Shown: positions 20,187-30,394 of the stretch, piece after piece
How the letters are laid out: each line of letters starts with the position of its first letter
Numbering within the stretch: the first letter of the stretch is position 1
Assembly: GCA_023262495.1 (NCBI GenBank)
Contig: JALRAS010000002.1
Location: 2,566 to 66,565 of the forward strand
Direction: 5' to 3'
From: Bacteroidia bacterium
GTDB taxonomy: Bacteria; Bacteroidota; Bacteroidia; UBA4408
Length of the DNA: 64,000 bases
Position numbers and translations under genes: made by a program
The notes under the pieces: model-generated
Database searches by the model: none
Told to the model about the DNA's origin: nothing
The model's input: only the letters and a program-made list of their open reading frames with translations

Positions 20187-22109
20187 ATGAAGAAATTTTT
20201 TCAGTTGTGTTTTTTGTTGCTGATTAGCTTTCAGGTATACGGCCAAAAGCTAAAAACACTGATTGCAGAAGGCAATAAGGCCATGGAAGATAAGGAATAT
20301 TATCTGGCCGAAAACTATTTTAAAAAAGCCATAGCCACCGACTCCAATAGCATTGCCTTACAATACCTGTATGCAGAGGCCTGCAGACTCGATTTAAATT
20401 ACACCGTTGCAGAGCGCTGGTATAACAAGGTGTATAAAAAAGACAATGGAAAGTTATATCCCGATGCCTTACTGTACTTAGCCATATGTAAAAAAAGCAA
20501 CGGCAAATACAAGGATGCCATTAAAATGTTTGACAAATACGCCAAAAGAAACACTAAAAAACATCCCGAAAAATCAGCTGTTGCAGCGCAGGAGTCAAAA
20601 AATTGCAGCTATGCCTTGATGCTGATGAAAAACCCAATGTCCATACAAGTGAATCATATCGACAGCATGGTAAACAGCAAAGGCGGGGAGTATGCTCCTT
20701 TTGAAAAAGACAGTGTGCTTTACTTTACAGGAATTAAAACTGCGGGAAATAAAATTGATAGCAGAATTTATTACTCAAAGGTTAGCGGTTACCGATTCAG
20801 CAAATTGGTTGAGCTCGACTCACTATTACGCAAAGAGGGCGTAACAATGAGCAATGTGGTACTTACGCCTGACGGAAAACAACTGTATTGTACCCGCTGC
20901 GAATCGAATACTGACACCAAAAATAATTGTGGCATCTATTCATACCGCTTGGTTGAGGGTAAGTATACCGCGGCAACGCCACTACCTGCTGAAATTAACC
21001 AAGCGGGCACGCTAAACACACATCCCTCCTTGCATATCGTTAACGGCAATACAATCCTCTATTTTTCGAGCAACCGTAAAGGTGGAGAAGGGGGCATGGA
21101 TATTTGGTACAGCAAACAAAATAAAGATGGCAGTTGGCAAACACCTGTAAATGCGGGAAAACAGGTAAACAGCCCCGAGGACGAAATCACTCCGTTTTTC
21201 TGTAACCCCTGTCAAATATTGTATTTCAGCAGTACTTTTCATCAAGGAATGGGAGGTTTTGATATTTTTAAATCGCGTTGGCAAAACGGACAATTCTCCT
21301 CTCCTGAAAATGCAGGATACCCAATTAACAGTCCACAAAACGACATGTATTTTAAATACAACGACAAGCGCAGCAAGGCCTATTTTATTTCTAACCGAGA
21401 AGGTTCCTATTATGAAAAATATGAAACTTGTTGTAATGATATTTATTATATCAACCTCCCACAAGTTACCGACAGCATAGTTACCGAAGAGCCCCAAAAA
21501 GACACTGTTTTTATGGCAAAATCGCGGTTACAAACATTGGTACCGCTTACCTTATATTTTAACAACGATGAGCCCGATAGTAAAACATTGAACACCACTA
21601 CCAAGAAAACATATACCGAAACAGTGAACAGTTATTTGGCGCTTAAGAATAATTACTTAAAGGCCTATGCCAAAGGGCTTGATGAAGAGCGTAAAGAAAT
21701 AGCGATGAATGAAATGAATGATTTTTTTGAAGACTCGGTTCGCGCCTCTTACGAGGAACTTGAACAATTTGCCTCGCTCATGCTGTTTGTATTGAAACAA
21801 GGAGAAAAAGTAAGTTTAACCTTGAAAGGGTATTGCAGTCCGCTCGCTTCCACCTCATACAACGTAAATTTGGCCAAGAGGCGTCTTTCGAGTCTTGTCA
21901 ACTATTTTAATACCTATGGCAATGGCGCTTTGAAGCCTTATTTAGAGGATGAAAGTAAGGTAAAAATAAACATTGAGGAGATAGGAGAATTAAAAGCATC
22001 GCCATTGGTAAGCGACAACCCCAACGATGCCACCAATGCAGTATACAGCCGCGCTGCAGCGCTCGAAAGAAAAATACAAATTATTGCTGTTTCTACTAAG
22101 GCGGAGTGA
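20187..22109 (+). CDS. TPR / TolB-like beta-propeller (PD40 repeats) / C-terminal OmpA-like domain protein
   Basis: Signal peptide. N-terminal TPR-like helices. PD40-like repeats (PDGKQLYCT, ILYFSS, AYFISNREG). C-terminal OmpA-like motif GYCSPLASTSYNVNLAKRRLSSLVNYF. Confidence 0.7.
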   Translation: MKKFFQLCFLLLISFQVYGQKLKTLIAEGNKAMEDKEYYLAENYFKKAIATDSNSIALQYLYAEACRLDLNYTVAERWYNKVYKKDNGKLYPDALLYLAICKKSNGKYKDAIKMFDKYAKRNTKKHPEKSAVAAQESKNCSYALMLMKNPMSIQVNHIDSMVNSKGGEYAPFEKDSVLYFTGIKTAGNKIDSRIYYSKVSGYRFSKLVELDSLLRKEGVTMSNVVLTPDGKQLYCTRCESNTDTKNNCGIYSYRLVEGKYTAATPLPAEINQAGTLNTHPSLHIVNGNTILYFSSNRKGGEGGMDIWYSKQNKDGSWQTPVNAGKQVNSPEDEITPFFCNPCQILYFSSTFHQGMGGFDIFKSRWQNGQFSSPENAGYPINSPQNDMYFKYNDKRSKAYFISNREGSYYEKYETCCNDIYYINLPQVTDSIVTEEPQKDTVFMAKSRLQTLVPLTLYFNNDEPDSKTLNTTTKKTYTETVNSYLALKNNYLKAYAKGLDEERKEIAMNEMNDFFEDSVRASYEELEQFASLMLFVLKQGEKVSLTLKGYCSPLASTSYNVNLAKRRLSSLVNYFNTYGNGALKPYLEDESKVKINIEEIGELKASPLVSDNPNDATNAVYSRAAALERKIQIIAVSTKAE

Positions 22110-22147
22110 ATTATGGCAATTGTTTTACGATTGATAAAATAACAAAA

Positions 22148-22171
22148 GGGCGCATTGTAAACAATGTGCCC
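22148..22171. terminator. bidirectional stem-loop between convergent genes
   Basis: gggcgcattgt-aa-acaatgtgccc hairpin between the 3' ends of 20187..22109(+) and 22208..22525(-). Confidence 0.45.
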
Positions 22172-22207
22172 TCTATTAAATCTTAATCTTAATTTATAAT
22201 CTTACTC

Positions 22208-22525
22208 TTATTTTCTTTTAGCCTTTACTTTAATCGTTTGCGTAGTTACAATTCCTCCCGTTAAACCACTGATTAAAAAATCACCCAGATTAAACCTAGT
22301 AATTACCTCACAATTTCCATCACCTGGAGTATTCACACTTGCTCTGCCTAGTGGCATAATTCCCCAAAACAACCAAATTTGCTTTCCTTTTCCATAGGTG
22401 TATTCATTTCCCTGTGTCTCTCTATATGCTCCAACGCTAGTTTTAGTAGTCATACATGATGTTAATGATGAAGCCACAAACAAGGTTAAGCAACCTGCTA
22501 AAAATAAAGTTTTAAATTTTTTCAT
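22208..22525 (-). CDS. Bor-family-like small lipoprotein
   Basis: Lipoprotein signal MKKFKTLFLAGCLTLFVASSLTSC. C-terminal ...GDFLISGLTGGIVTTQTIKVKA resembles the Bor (phage lambda serum-resistance lipoprotein) family pattern. Confidence 0.55.
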   Translation of the reverse strand: MKKFKTLFLAGCLTLFVASSLTSCMTTKTSVGAYRETQGNEYTYGKGKQIWLFWGIMPLGRASVNTPGDGNCEVITRFNLGDFLISGLTGGIVTTQTIKVKAKRK

Positions 22526-22862
22526 AGTTTTTTTTATTACTTCTCCTACTCTTTTGGATTTTCAGTTTCTCCCTGTTTTTAATGTGGTTTTCTTGACTCC
22601 ACATGTATGTTTTAGTTAATGATAAGAACAGCACCGCCTAGTTTTTAATACAACTAATTTAGGTTGGATTATTTCAAGCTTTAATTATGTCAATTTTCTT
22701 TCACTGCTCATTGGCTTATTTGGTTCCAACCCAAATCACGTTCAGATGTGAAAAGTTACCCTTGGCTGAAATTTATTTCGTGCAAACATATAATATTTTT
22801 CTTTTAAATGAGAAATTTTAAAGAATTATTTTTCTTGTTTTAATGCCGTACTTTGTAGATAA

Positions 22863-23216
22863 ATGAAGCACAAAGGCAAAATAGTTGAAAAGGCCGTTAG
22901 GGAAAGCGGAATCTCTATCACTAAGATTTGTAAAAAGCTTGGCAAAACCACCAGGTGGATGTACTATACCTTCGAGAATCCTGATGTGCCGCTTGATCAT
23001 ATCTTTCAAATAGGAAAAGTTATCAATCACGACTTTTCGGGCGACCTAACTGAAATCAATACTTTTTTTGAGAGAAAAATGAACACACCTAGCTTTAGTC
23101 CACAAGTGACCTTTTTCAAGTTGGAAAAGAATGCTGATTATTGGAAAGACAAATACCTTGATTTGCTCGAAAAATACAACACCTTGCTCACCGAGAAATT
23201 AGAGGGGAAAAGCTAA
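22863..23216 (+). CDS. small hypothetical protein with probable N-terminal helix-turn-helix
   Basis: ESGISITKICKKLGKTTRWMYY resembles an HTH recognition helix. 117 aa. Confidence 0.45.
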   Translation: MKHKGKIVEKAVRESGISITKICKKLGKTTRWMYYTFENPDVPLDHIFQIGKVINHDFSGDLTEINTFFERKMNTPSFSPQVTFFKLEKNADYWKDKYLDLLEKYNTLLTEKLEGKS

Positions 23217-23260
23217 ACATACGTGTAGTAAGTTGCCACACGATTATCATCACATTGGTT

Positions 23261-24259
23261 TTACAAACCGCTGACGATGGATAAAATAACTAGGCCCAAA
23301 GCAAGCCCACAATAAGCAAGCGTTCCTATTAATATTGGTTTTTTTCTTAACCGTATTTTCTCGCTTTTATAGCCCTCGTTATACATTTTACGATTGACAT
23401 TGTCGGGCACCTTCGCATAATTAGGAGGATCGGGGTCCATCGTGAGTACTATAGGTGCAGCAATACCCGCACAACCAATAACACCACATGCTAATAACCC
23501 ATAACCGGTAGCATTAAAATCTCTTTTTGCCTGCTCCTGCCCTTTTGTAAAGCTTTGCTCCCCATCTAACACTTCTTTCCTCGCGTTTGATTGATTATAC
23601 AGTGTTGAAAATGTTGTGCCTCTATCAATAGCATAATCGGGATACAGCGTATCTGCTCTGTTTTTTAAAGTGTCAGAGGGTTGATTGAGGTTGCCTAAAC
23701 TATCATTTTGTGTGATTGAAACTGTAACGTTTAACAAACTATCGTGCTTAATAGTGTCTGATGATCCTTTTGCCGATGCATGATTTTCTTTCTTATGCTC
23801 TGCCTTATCAGAAATATGCTCCGTTGAAAAATAAATTTTACCTTTTGTGTAGTAGTAATTTTTATCACTATACCCTTTTATTTTTAAGGTCCCCTTTTTA
23901 ACAAAATAAAAGCCACCCTTCATTACTTGGGTCACATATCCTTTCTCAAAATTAGCAAATAAGTCATAGGCTTGATACGCTATCAAAGCCTTGTTTTGAA
24001 AAACAAGCAAATACTTATCATACTCAATGCGGCTGAGTTCTGACAGGGCTATATCGTGCAAAGAGTTCGATTGCAAATACTCTACTTTTTCATTCTCAAT
24101 TTTCCAAACCTCAGCATTTTTGATGACACTGCTTTTGGTAATGATATCGCATTTTTTCTTTAGCAGCGAATCAGGAAAAGCCATTTGAGCCAAAGAGTTT
24201 TGTGTTATCAACAGCAGCACTACAAGCATAAATTTTACAACTGCTTTCATGATTGACAC
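23261..24259 (-). CDS. hypothetical exported protein with two C-terminal transmembrane helices
   Basis: N-terminal signal peptide, soluble Lys/Tyr-rich domain, and C-terminal TM segments GYGLLACGVIGCAGIAAPIVL and PILIGTLAYCGLALGLVILSIV. Confidence 0.55.
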   Translation of the reverse strand: MSIMKAVVKFMLVVLLLITQNSLAQMAFPDSLLKKKCDIITKSSVIKNAEVWKIENEKVEYLQSNSLHDIALSELSRIEYDKYLLVFQNKALIAYQAYDLFANFEKGYVTQVMKGGFYFVKKGTLKIKGYSDKNYYYTKGKIYFSTEHISDKAEHKKENHASAKGSSDTIKHDSLLNVTVSITQNDSLGNLNQPSDTLKNRADTLYPDYAIDRGTTFSTLYNQSNARKEVLDGEQSFTKGQEQAKRDFNATGYGLLACGVIGCAGIAAPIVLTMDPDPPNYAKVPDNVNRKMYNEGYKSEKIRLRKKPILIGTLAYCGLALGLVILSIVSGL

Positions 24260-25416
24260 TACTTTTGTTTGTTGATGTTAAATCCAAAAGAAATACCGTA
24301 CAAAGAGCCTGTTTTGCGCGGAGAGAAAAAGAAATTTACAGGAATGTTTAAGTAGCCCGATCTAAATGTTTTACCAACACCAATTACTAATGAAGAGGTA
24401 AGTTTAAGGTCTCCTCTTGAATCGGGTCGTGTAACAATGGTGTACGGAATTTTTGCAACAGGATTGAGGGAGTCTCCGCGCAATTCGTTCTCTAAATACC
24501 ACTTACCTACCGGTCCATAAAGCCCATTATCATCATAAAAGCCTTCGGCCACCCTACTAATCAAGAATGACGGGCCAATAGCAAACTCTATCCCGGTTTT
24601 GGAGTTTCTGAATCCGTTGAGTAAAGATAAAGAAGGCACAAATCTGCCTGTTTCAAGCCCCGAACCAAGAAAGATAAACTCTATCAAGCCCTGAAAATTT
24701 CCTGCACTGAGGTATTTAAACTCTTGCTGCCATCCAAACTGACTCATTACCGGAAACATGTCAAATCCCCCATTTTCTCTCGACTCTCTTAACCTTTTAC
24801 CATTATCGCCACCGGTAAAACCTACGCCTATTCTTGGACCATTTAATTTGAGCAAAGTTTTGGGAATTACTTGTGTTTCATTATAACTTACTAACTGATC
24901 TTCAATTTGCTTGTCGGTAGGTATATCGTGCAGCTTTTGCAGGGTAATCCTAACCATTTGCTGAATTTCTGTTTGCAGATTGATGAACTCAACCAACTGC
25001 GTTTTCTCGAACTGCTCAGTTTTAATATCATACAAGCTAAACGAAACAATTATTTTTTCAGCAATGCGTTGCACCGAACCGCTCAGTGTTTTATCACAAT
25101 TAAGCAACTTACCTGCATTAATTTGACAAGTCTTACCAAGACACTCATCAACATTAATTTTGTTTTTTACCAGTACTTCATTTTGATCATATCGATCAAT
25201 GATTTCATACCTCTTTAACTTTTCTAGTTCGACCCTTACTAATGAGTTTAGCTCGTCTTTTGTATTTACAATTCCTTTGGCATCAATACCAAGTATTGCA
25301 ATCTTTGTTTTAGTTTGTGCAAATGAATTAACGTGAAAAGCCAAGAACGCAACTAAAACTAATAGTTTTTGAAGGAGTGTATTTTTCATAGTCTTTTTTT
25401 TTACAAAGGTAAACAC
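24259..25416 (-). CDS. hypothetical secreted protein (N-terminal LpoB/CsgG-N-like fold?, C-terminal beta-rich domain)
   Basis: Signal peptide. Start overlaps the stop of the downstream gene. No VWA/MIDAS motif seen. Confidence 0.55.
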   Translation of the reverse strand: MFTFVKKKTMKNTLLQKLLVLVAFLAFHVNSFAQTKTKIAILGIDAKGIVNTKDELNSLVRVELEKLKRYEIIDRYDQNEVLVKNKINVDECLGKTCQINAGKLLNCDKTLSGSVQRIAEKIIVSFSLYDIKTEQFEKTQLVEFINLQTEIQQMVRITLQKLHDIPTDKQIEDQLVSYNETQVIPKTLLKLNGPRIGVGFTGGDNGKRLRESRENGGFDMFPVMSQFGWQQEFKYLSAGNFQGLIEFIFLGSGLETGRFVPSLSLLNGFRNSKTGIEFAIGPSFLISRVAEGFYDDNGLYGPVGKWYLENELRGDSLNPVAKIPYTIVTRPDSRGDLKLTSSLVIGVGKTFRSGYLNIPVNFFFSPRKTGSLYGISFGFNINKQK

Positions 25417-25531
25417 TTAACAAATCCGACTAACCCCCATTTTTATGATTAATATCATGCATTGGGAAGTAATTGTTTGTGCTGTATCACTTACCCAATA
25501 AAATACTCGAGGGTATGCTACCAAATAAGCA

Positions 25532-26488
25532 TCAGAGCAACGCCTCAATAATTTTTTCTACCGAATACCCATCGGCTTCAGCCTTGTAGTTTCTAACAAT
25601 ACGATGTCGCAGCACAGAAAGAGCAACCGCTTTCACATCTTCAATATCGGGCGAATATTTGCCGTTAATCATGGCATGACATTTAGCCCCTATCACCAAG
25701 TTTTGTGAGGCACGTGGTCCTGCTCCCCAAGATAGATAATCTTTTACAAGGGCCGGAGCGATATCTGAGTTAGGACGCGTTTTAACAACAAGCTTTACAG
25801 CATACTCCATCACATTATCGGGCACCGGAATTTTTCTCACCAAGTCTTGATAAAAAAGAATTTCTTGAGCGTTTAGTATTTTGTTTAATTGTGGCTTGTG
25901 GTCTTGTGTGGTGCTTTTCACAATAGCCAACTCCTCTTGAAAGCTCGGGTAATCGAGCCATACGCTGAACATAAAACGGTCTAATTGCGCTTCGGGCAAG
26001 GGATAAGTTCCCTCCTGCTCTATCGGGTTTTGTGTGGCCAACACAAAAAAGGGATTGCCCAATGCATAGCGCTTACCGGCTACTGTTACCGATTTCTCTT
26101 GCATGGCCTCGAGCAAAGCTGATTGTGTTTTTGGAGGTGTTCTGTTGATCTCATCTGCCAGTACAATATTCACAAATAAAGGCCCCTTAATGAATTTAAA
26201 ATTACGCGTGTCGTCTAAAATTTCAGAGCCAATAATATCTGAGGGCATTAAATCGGGGGTAAACTGTATACGGCTAAATTCGAGTCCAAGCGCATCACTG
26301 ATAGTATTTACGAGCAATGTTTTAGCTAAGCCGGGTACACCTATCAACAAGCAATGTCCGCGACTAAAAATAGAGATTAAAACATCTTTGATAATATCTT
26401 GCTGACCAACTATTACTTTGGCGATTTCCTGATTGAGTGCTTTGTATTTCTTTACAAATTCATCTACTGCTTCTACGTCCGATTTCAT
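25532..26488 (-). CDS. MoxR-family AAA+ ATPase
   Basis: Walker A LLIGVPGLAKT, Walker B ADEINR, and the MoxR-typical C-terminal lid. Confidence 0.9.
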   Translation of the reverse strand: MKSDVEAVDEFVKKYKALNQEIAKVIVGQQDIIKDVLISIFSRGHCLLIGVPGLAKTLLVNTISDALGLEFSRIQFTPDLMPSDIIGSEILDDTRNFKFIKGPLFVNIVLADEINRTPPKTQSALLEAMQEKSVTVAGKRYALGNPFFVLATQNPIEQEGTYPLPEAQLDRFMFSVWLDYPSFQEELAIVKSTTQDHKPQLNKILNAQEILFYQDLVRKIPVPDNVMEYAVKLVVKTRPNSDIAPALVKDYLSWGAGPRASQNLVIGAKCHAMINGKYSPDIEDVKAVALSVLRHRIVRNYKAEADGYSVEKIIEALL

Positions 26489-26511
26489 GCGTTGAATAAA
26501 TTATAAAAATA

Positions 26512-27888
26512 TTATTGTTTCTGTTGTTCCGATTTGCTCAATGGTTCATCAAACCAATCGTATTTCAATTTGCATTTTCTGAACTCGTCATCAATTTTTA
26601 CATAAGTAAGAGCTCTTCTTTTTTTAACCCAACTCTCCACCGTTTTTTGTTGCTTTTTTGCCAAAGCTACGTTCTGTAGTTTTTGATAATCCTCCTTTAA
26701 ATTGGCCTTATGCGGTTCTGTTCTTTCCTTAAGATACAGTATTCTGTAGGCTTGTTTCCCATCATTAGTTGTAAACTTTACCGGTGCTGACATTTCACCA
26801 ACCTTTAACTTATCTACCGTAAAAAACAGGCCCGCATCCATTTCACTTGTTTCAAATCTGGTAGTTCCGCTGTTTTGATTGACGAGCGTTCCGCCATTAT
26901 ATTTAGTTTCGGCATCATCCGAAAACTTATTAGCGGCATCTTTAAAATTCAGCTTTTCTTTGTCGATAACTATTTTTACCGAATCGAGATATTGTTGGGC
27001 TTTCAGCAAATCGCTATTAAGCACTTTGGGCACCATTAAAATATGGCGGAGGTTAGCTTGCTCTCCCCTTCTTTCAATCATTTGAATGATATGAAAACCA
27101 AATTGAGATTCAATCACAGGAGATACATCCTTTCCTTGTAATCCAAACCCTGCAGCGGAAAACTCAGGCACAAGTTCGTTGCGCGTTTTAAATCCCAGCT
27201 CTCCACCGTAAGCGGCAGAGCCATCTTCGGAATACAATACGGCCAAAGCAGCAAAGTCTTCACCGGCTACTATACGGTCTCTTAACTTTTGAAGTTTTTC
27301 TTTTACTGCCGCCTTTACTTCTTGATTAACTGGCGGGCGTTTCACAATGTGGCAAATTTCTACCTCGCTATTAACCATTGGTAAACTATCTTTGGGAATG
27401 GTGTTATAAAATGCGCGCACATCAGCTGGCGTAACTTTTACATCTTGCGTAATTTTTCCCTGCATGGTTTTGGCCAGTAAAATCTTTTTTAAGTCCTCTT
27501 TGTATTCGGCCTTGAGCTCTGCAATACTTTTGCCCATAAACTCTTCCAATTTTTTTTCGGAACCGGCTTGTGCAATGTAATAGCGCATGCGCTGATCCAA
27601 CTCCCCTTCAACTTGTCCTTCACTTACCGTAACGCTATCGAGCTCGGCTTGATGCACCAGTAGCTTTTGAAACAATAATTCTTCCAAAATAGTGCACTCA
27701 TCAATGGGTAACGAATCGTTTCCTTGTGATTTTAATTGCTGTAATTGATTGTCAATATCTGACTGAAGAATGAGGTTATTGCCCACCACCGCAACCACCT
27801 GATCGATAATTTTCCCCTTAGGCTGGCCGTATGCGGTAAAAGTACCACACATCACTAATGCAACAAAAAATAACCTTATCAGCGTCAT
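26512..27888 (-). CDS. periplasmic peptidyl-prolyl isomerase, SurA-like (parvulin/PpiC domain)
   Basis: Signal peptide. SurA-N-like chaperone region. Parvulin motif FGFHIIQM. Confidence 0.8.
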   Translation of the reverse strand: MTLIRLFFVALVMCGTFTAYGQPKGKIIDQVVAVVGNNLILQSDIDNQLQQLKSQGNDSLPIDECTILEELLFQKLLVHQAELDSVTVSEGQVEGELDQRMRYYIAQAGSEKKLEEFMGKSIAELKAEYKEDLKKILLAKTMQGKITQDVKVTPADVRAFYNTIPKDSLPMVNSEVEICHIVKRPPVNQEVKAAVKEKLQKLRDRIVAGEDFAALAVLYSEDGSAAYGGELGFKTRNELVPEFSAAGFGLQGKDVSPVIESQFGFHIIQMIERRGEQANLRHILMVPKVLNSDLLKAQQYLDSVKIVIDKEKLNFKDAANKFSDDAETKYNGGTLVNQNSGTTRFETSEMDAGLFFTVDKLKVGEMSAPVKFTTNDGKQAYRILYLKERTEPHKANLKEDYQKLQNVALAKKQQKTVESWVKKRRALTYVKIDDEFRKCKLKYDWFDEPLSKSEQQKQ

Positions 27889-28130
27889 GTATCTTTATAA
27901 AAGAGCGGTAAAGATACATTTAGCAGTCGATTTTTAGTAATTTCAAATGTAAAATATGCTAAATGAGGCTGAGGTTATGTATTTACCGACTAGTAATCAT
28001 CCCATTATCTTCCGCTATACTATTGAAAGCGTAGCTGGTTTAGTAAAATATTGGGGCAATTACAGCTCCACTGCTGCTGTTGTGTTTTTGTGTAAAGAAA
28101 AGCGTATGATTAGTCACACATTTTGGCGCA

Positions 28131-28874
28131 CTATCCCTTGAAAATCTTTGTGCTCATTAATCCCCGCTTATTTAAAAAATACTGCATGGCTGTAATCATG
28201 CAACCGGTACCGTAGGTTACGCTTCTGCGGAAGTTAATCGAACTTGATTCCTTTTCATATTTGGTGGGGCAAGTTACCTCTGCAATGGTATATCCTTCAT
28301 AGCAAAGTTGGGCTAGCATTTGGTTATCAAAAACAAAATCATCGCTATTGTGGTGATAGTTAATTTTCTTGAGTGCATCTGCACTAAAAGCCCTGTAGCC
28401 GGTGTGATACTCTGATAACTTTTGACCCATCAACAAGTTTTGTGTAAAGGTCATTAACCTGTTAAAAACATATTTGTACAAGGGCATACCGCCCTGTAAA
28501 GCACCTTTCCCTAAAATACGCGAGGCCAATACTACTTCATACACGCCCTCGGCAATTACTGAGCTCATGGCACGTATCAGTTTAGGTGTGTACTGATAAT
28601 CGGGATGGAGCATGACAACAATATCTGCATTGAGCGTTAAAGCGTAGTCATAGCATGTTTTTTGATTGCCTCCATAGCCTCTGTTTTTTTGATGTTGCAA
28701 CACGTGTTTGATGCCTAATATTTTTGCAGTTTCAACAGTATTATCTGTACTTGCATCATCGGTTATCACCACCTCATCAACAATATCCATAGGAATTTCA
28801 TAATAGGTTTTTTCCAAGGTTTTTGCGGCATTGTAAGCAGGTAACACCACTACAATTTTTTTATTGTTTAACAT
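28131..28874 (-). CDS. GT2 family glycosyltransferase, polyprenyl-phosphate sugar synthase (Dpm1/GtrB-like)
   Basis: VVVLPAYNAAKTL...VITDDASTDNT GT-A DxD-type motifs. Confidence 0.85.
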   Translation of the reverse strand: MLNNKKIVVVLPAYNAAKTLEKTYYEIPMDIVDEVVITDDASTDNTVETAKILGIKHVLQHQKNRGYGGNQKTCYDYALTLNADIVVMLHPDYQYTPKLIRAMSSVIAEGVYEVVLASRILGKGALQGGMPLYKYVFNRLMTFTQNLLMGQKLSEYHTGYRAFSADALKKINYHHNSDDFVFDNQMLAQLCYEGYTIAEVTCPTKYEKESSSINFRRSVTYGTGCMITAMQYFLNKRGLMSTKIFKG

Positions 28875-28880
28875 ACGCTT

Positions 28881-30377
28881 TTATTGTTTGATATACAAAT
28901 CAATATATCGGGTATCAAGTACTATTTTTTTGTAGGAGCCATCTGGCTCTTCACCCTTTAGGGTAATAATATACCGGCTTCTTTCAGTAATGTAATCTGA
29001 GCTAATATATTTGTATCTGATCAGGTAGTTCTGAAGACCCCAATTCTTTATTAATGCATTGCTTAAACCAGCTATTTCGCCAATAGGTATAATGGGTAAA
29101 ACTATATAAACATCGTGCAATAAGTCATTGTCTCTTTTGGTTTGGTTATATTGGAAAGAAGCAAAAATAAACCCTGAAACCAGGAGCGCCACACTTACTA
29201 TTTGCCATCTTAAATATATCCTCTGTTTTGCTTGTAAACGTTGAATAAATAATCTTACAAACGGTGCTATGATCAGCGCCAAAGCAATGGCAAAAAACGG
29301 TAGCGCTGTTACCAAATAAAAACCTCTTTGTTCTTTCGTTAACATCAGTGGTAATGCACCGCTGAGCCCAATCATAAAAAAACTCAATACCCCGGTCTTA
29401 TTTACCTTTTTGAACTCTTGTATTAAGTTATACTTTTTAGCAAGTACTGATACCAACACAATTATACCTATAACCGGGAGCAACTCACTAAAAAGTCTGT
29501 ATAGTAAATAAAAATGACTACCTGTGGTGTCGTGAACTCCTGTAACAAATGCCTTGCTCAGTCTGTTTTCGAGGTACAACTGCAAACTACTTAAACTATT
29601 GTCAAACATCACAAAAATGAATCCGTAAAGCATTGTAAAGGCCAACAAACCAAACATGAATAATTTGATGCCGCGCCATATTTTTTGCTTCCCCTCAAAA
29701 TAGCTGAAAATTATAATGGCCACAATGGGGAATGAGCCCTGTATACCTTTTGTAAGCGTTGACAGTACAACCGAAAGCGCAACTAATATCATCCAACCTA
29801 TTTGCTTATTGAGGTTAGGCTCGTAATGGCTTTTAACGGTGAATAAAACTGCTGCTGTGGCAAATACTACCATCACTGTTTCTTCAACAAGATTTGCATA
29901 TGCCCAAAAAACAACCGGAATAATGACATAAAAAAATATTGGAAGCCATGCCAAGGTCTTACTGTCTTCTTTTTGTGTGTGCAGGGCTTTCCAAATTTGT
30001 TGGATTAAAAAAACTTCAACACAAAGCATCACAAAACAGAAGAAACGTTCCACATATAAACTACTGCCAAACACTTTAAAAAACAATGCCATTAACCCAA
30101 AATAAAGTGGCGGCTGCTCCCTAAAAATAACCATGCCGGCTCTGCTGTAATTGGGTTCCCAAAAGGTGCCCAATCCTTGCGAAAGATTGTGACTTACGCA
30201 AACGTACAAAGAGCCATCCATAAACATACCTTCCTGAATGAGCTGAGAAACAATAAGGAACAATATGACGGAAAAAGTGATCCCGTAAAAAGGGTTGATA
30301 TTGATTTTCATAAATTTATACAAATGTATAATTTCTATATCTAAGCCATGCAAAAAATCAAAAGCATATCTTTGCAC
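28881..30377 (-). CDS. GT-C fold membrane glycosyltransferase (ArnT/PMT-like, GT39/83-type)
   Basis: Polytopic, about 498 aa, placed immediately upstream of the Dpm1-like GT2 gene, which is the classic synthase-plus-GT-C pairing. Confidence 0.6.
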   Translation of the reverse strand: MQRYAFDFLHGLDIEIIHLYKFMKININPFYGITFSVILFLIVSQLIQEGMFMDGSLYVCVSHNLSQGLGTFWEPNYSRAGMVIFREQPPLYFGLMALFFKVFGSSLYVERFFCFVMLCVEVFLIQQIWKALHTQKEDSKTLAWLPIFFYVIIPVVFWAYANLVEETVMVVFATAAVLFTVKSHYEPNLNKQIGWMILVALSVVLSTLTKGIQGSFPIVAIIIFSYFEGKQKIWRGIKLFMFGLLAFTMLYGFIFVMFDNSLSSLQLYLENRLSKAFVTGVHDTTGSHFYLLYRLFSELLPVIGIIVLVSVLAKKYNLIQEFKKVNKTGVLSFFMIGLSGALPLMLTKEQRGFYLVTALPFFAIALALIIAPFVRLFIQRLQAKQRIYLRWQIVSVALLVSGFIFASFQYNQTKRDNDLLHDVYIVLPIIPIGEIAGLSNALIKNWGLQNYLIRYKYISSDYITERSRYIITLKGEEPDGSYKKIVLDTRYIDLYIKQ

Positions 30378-30394
30378 ACTGATTAAAAAAACAC

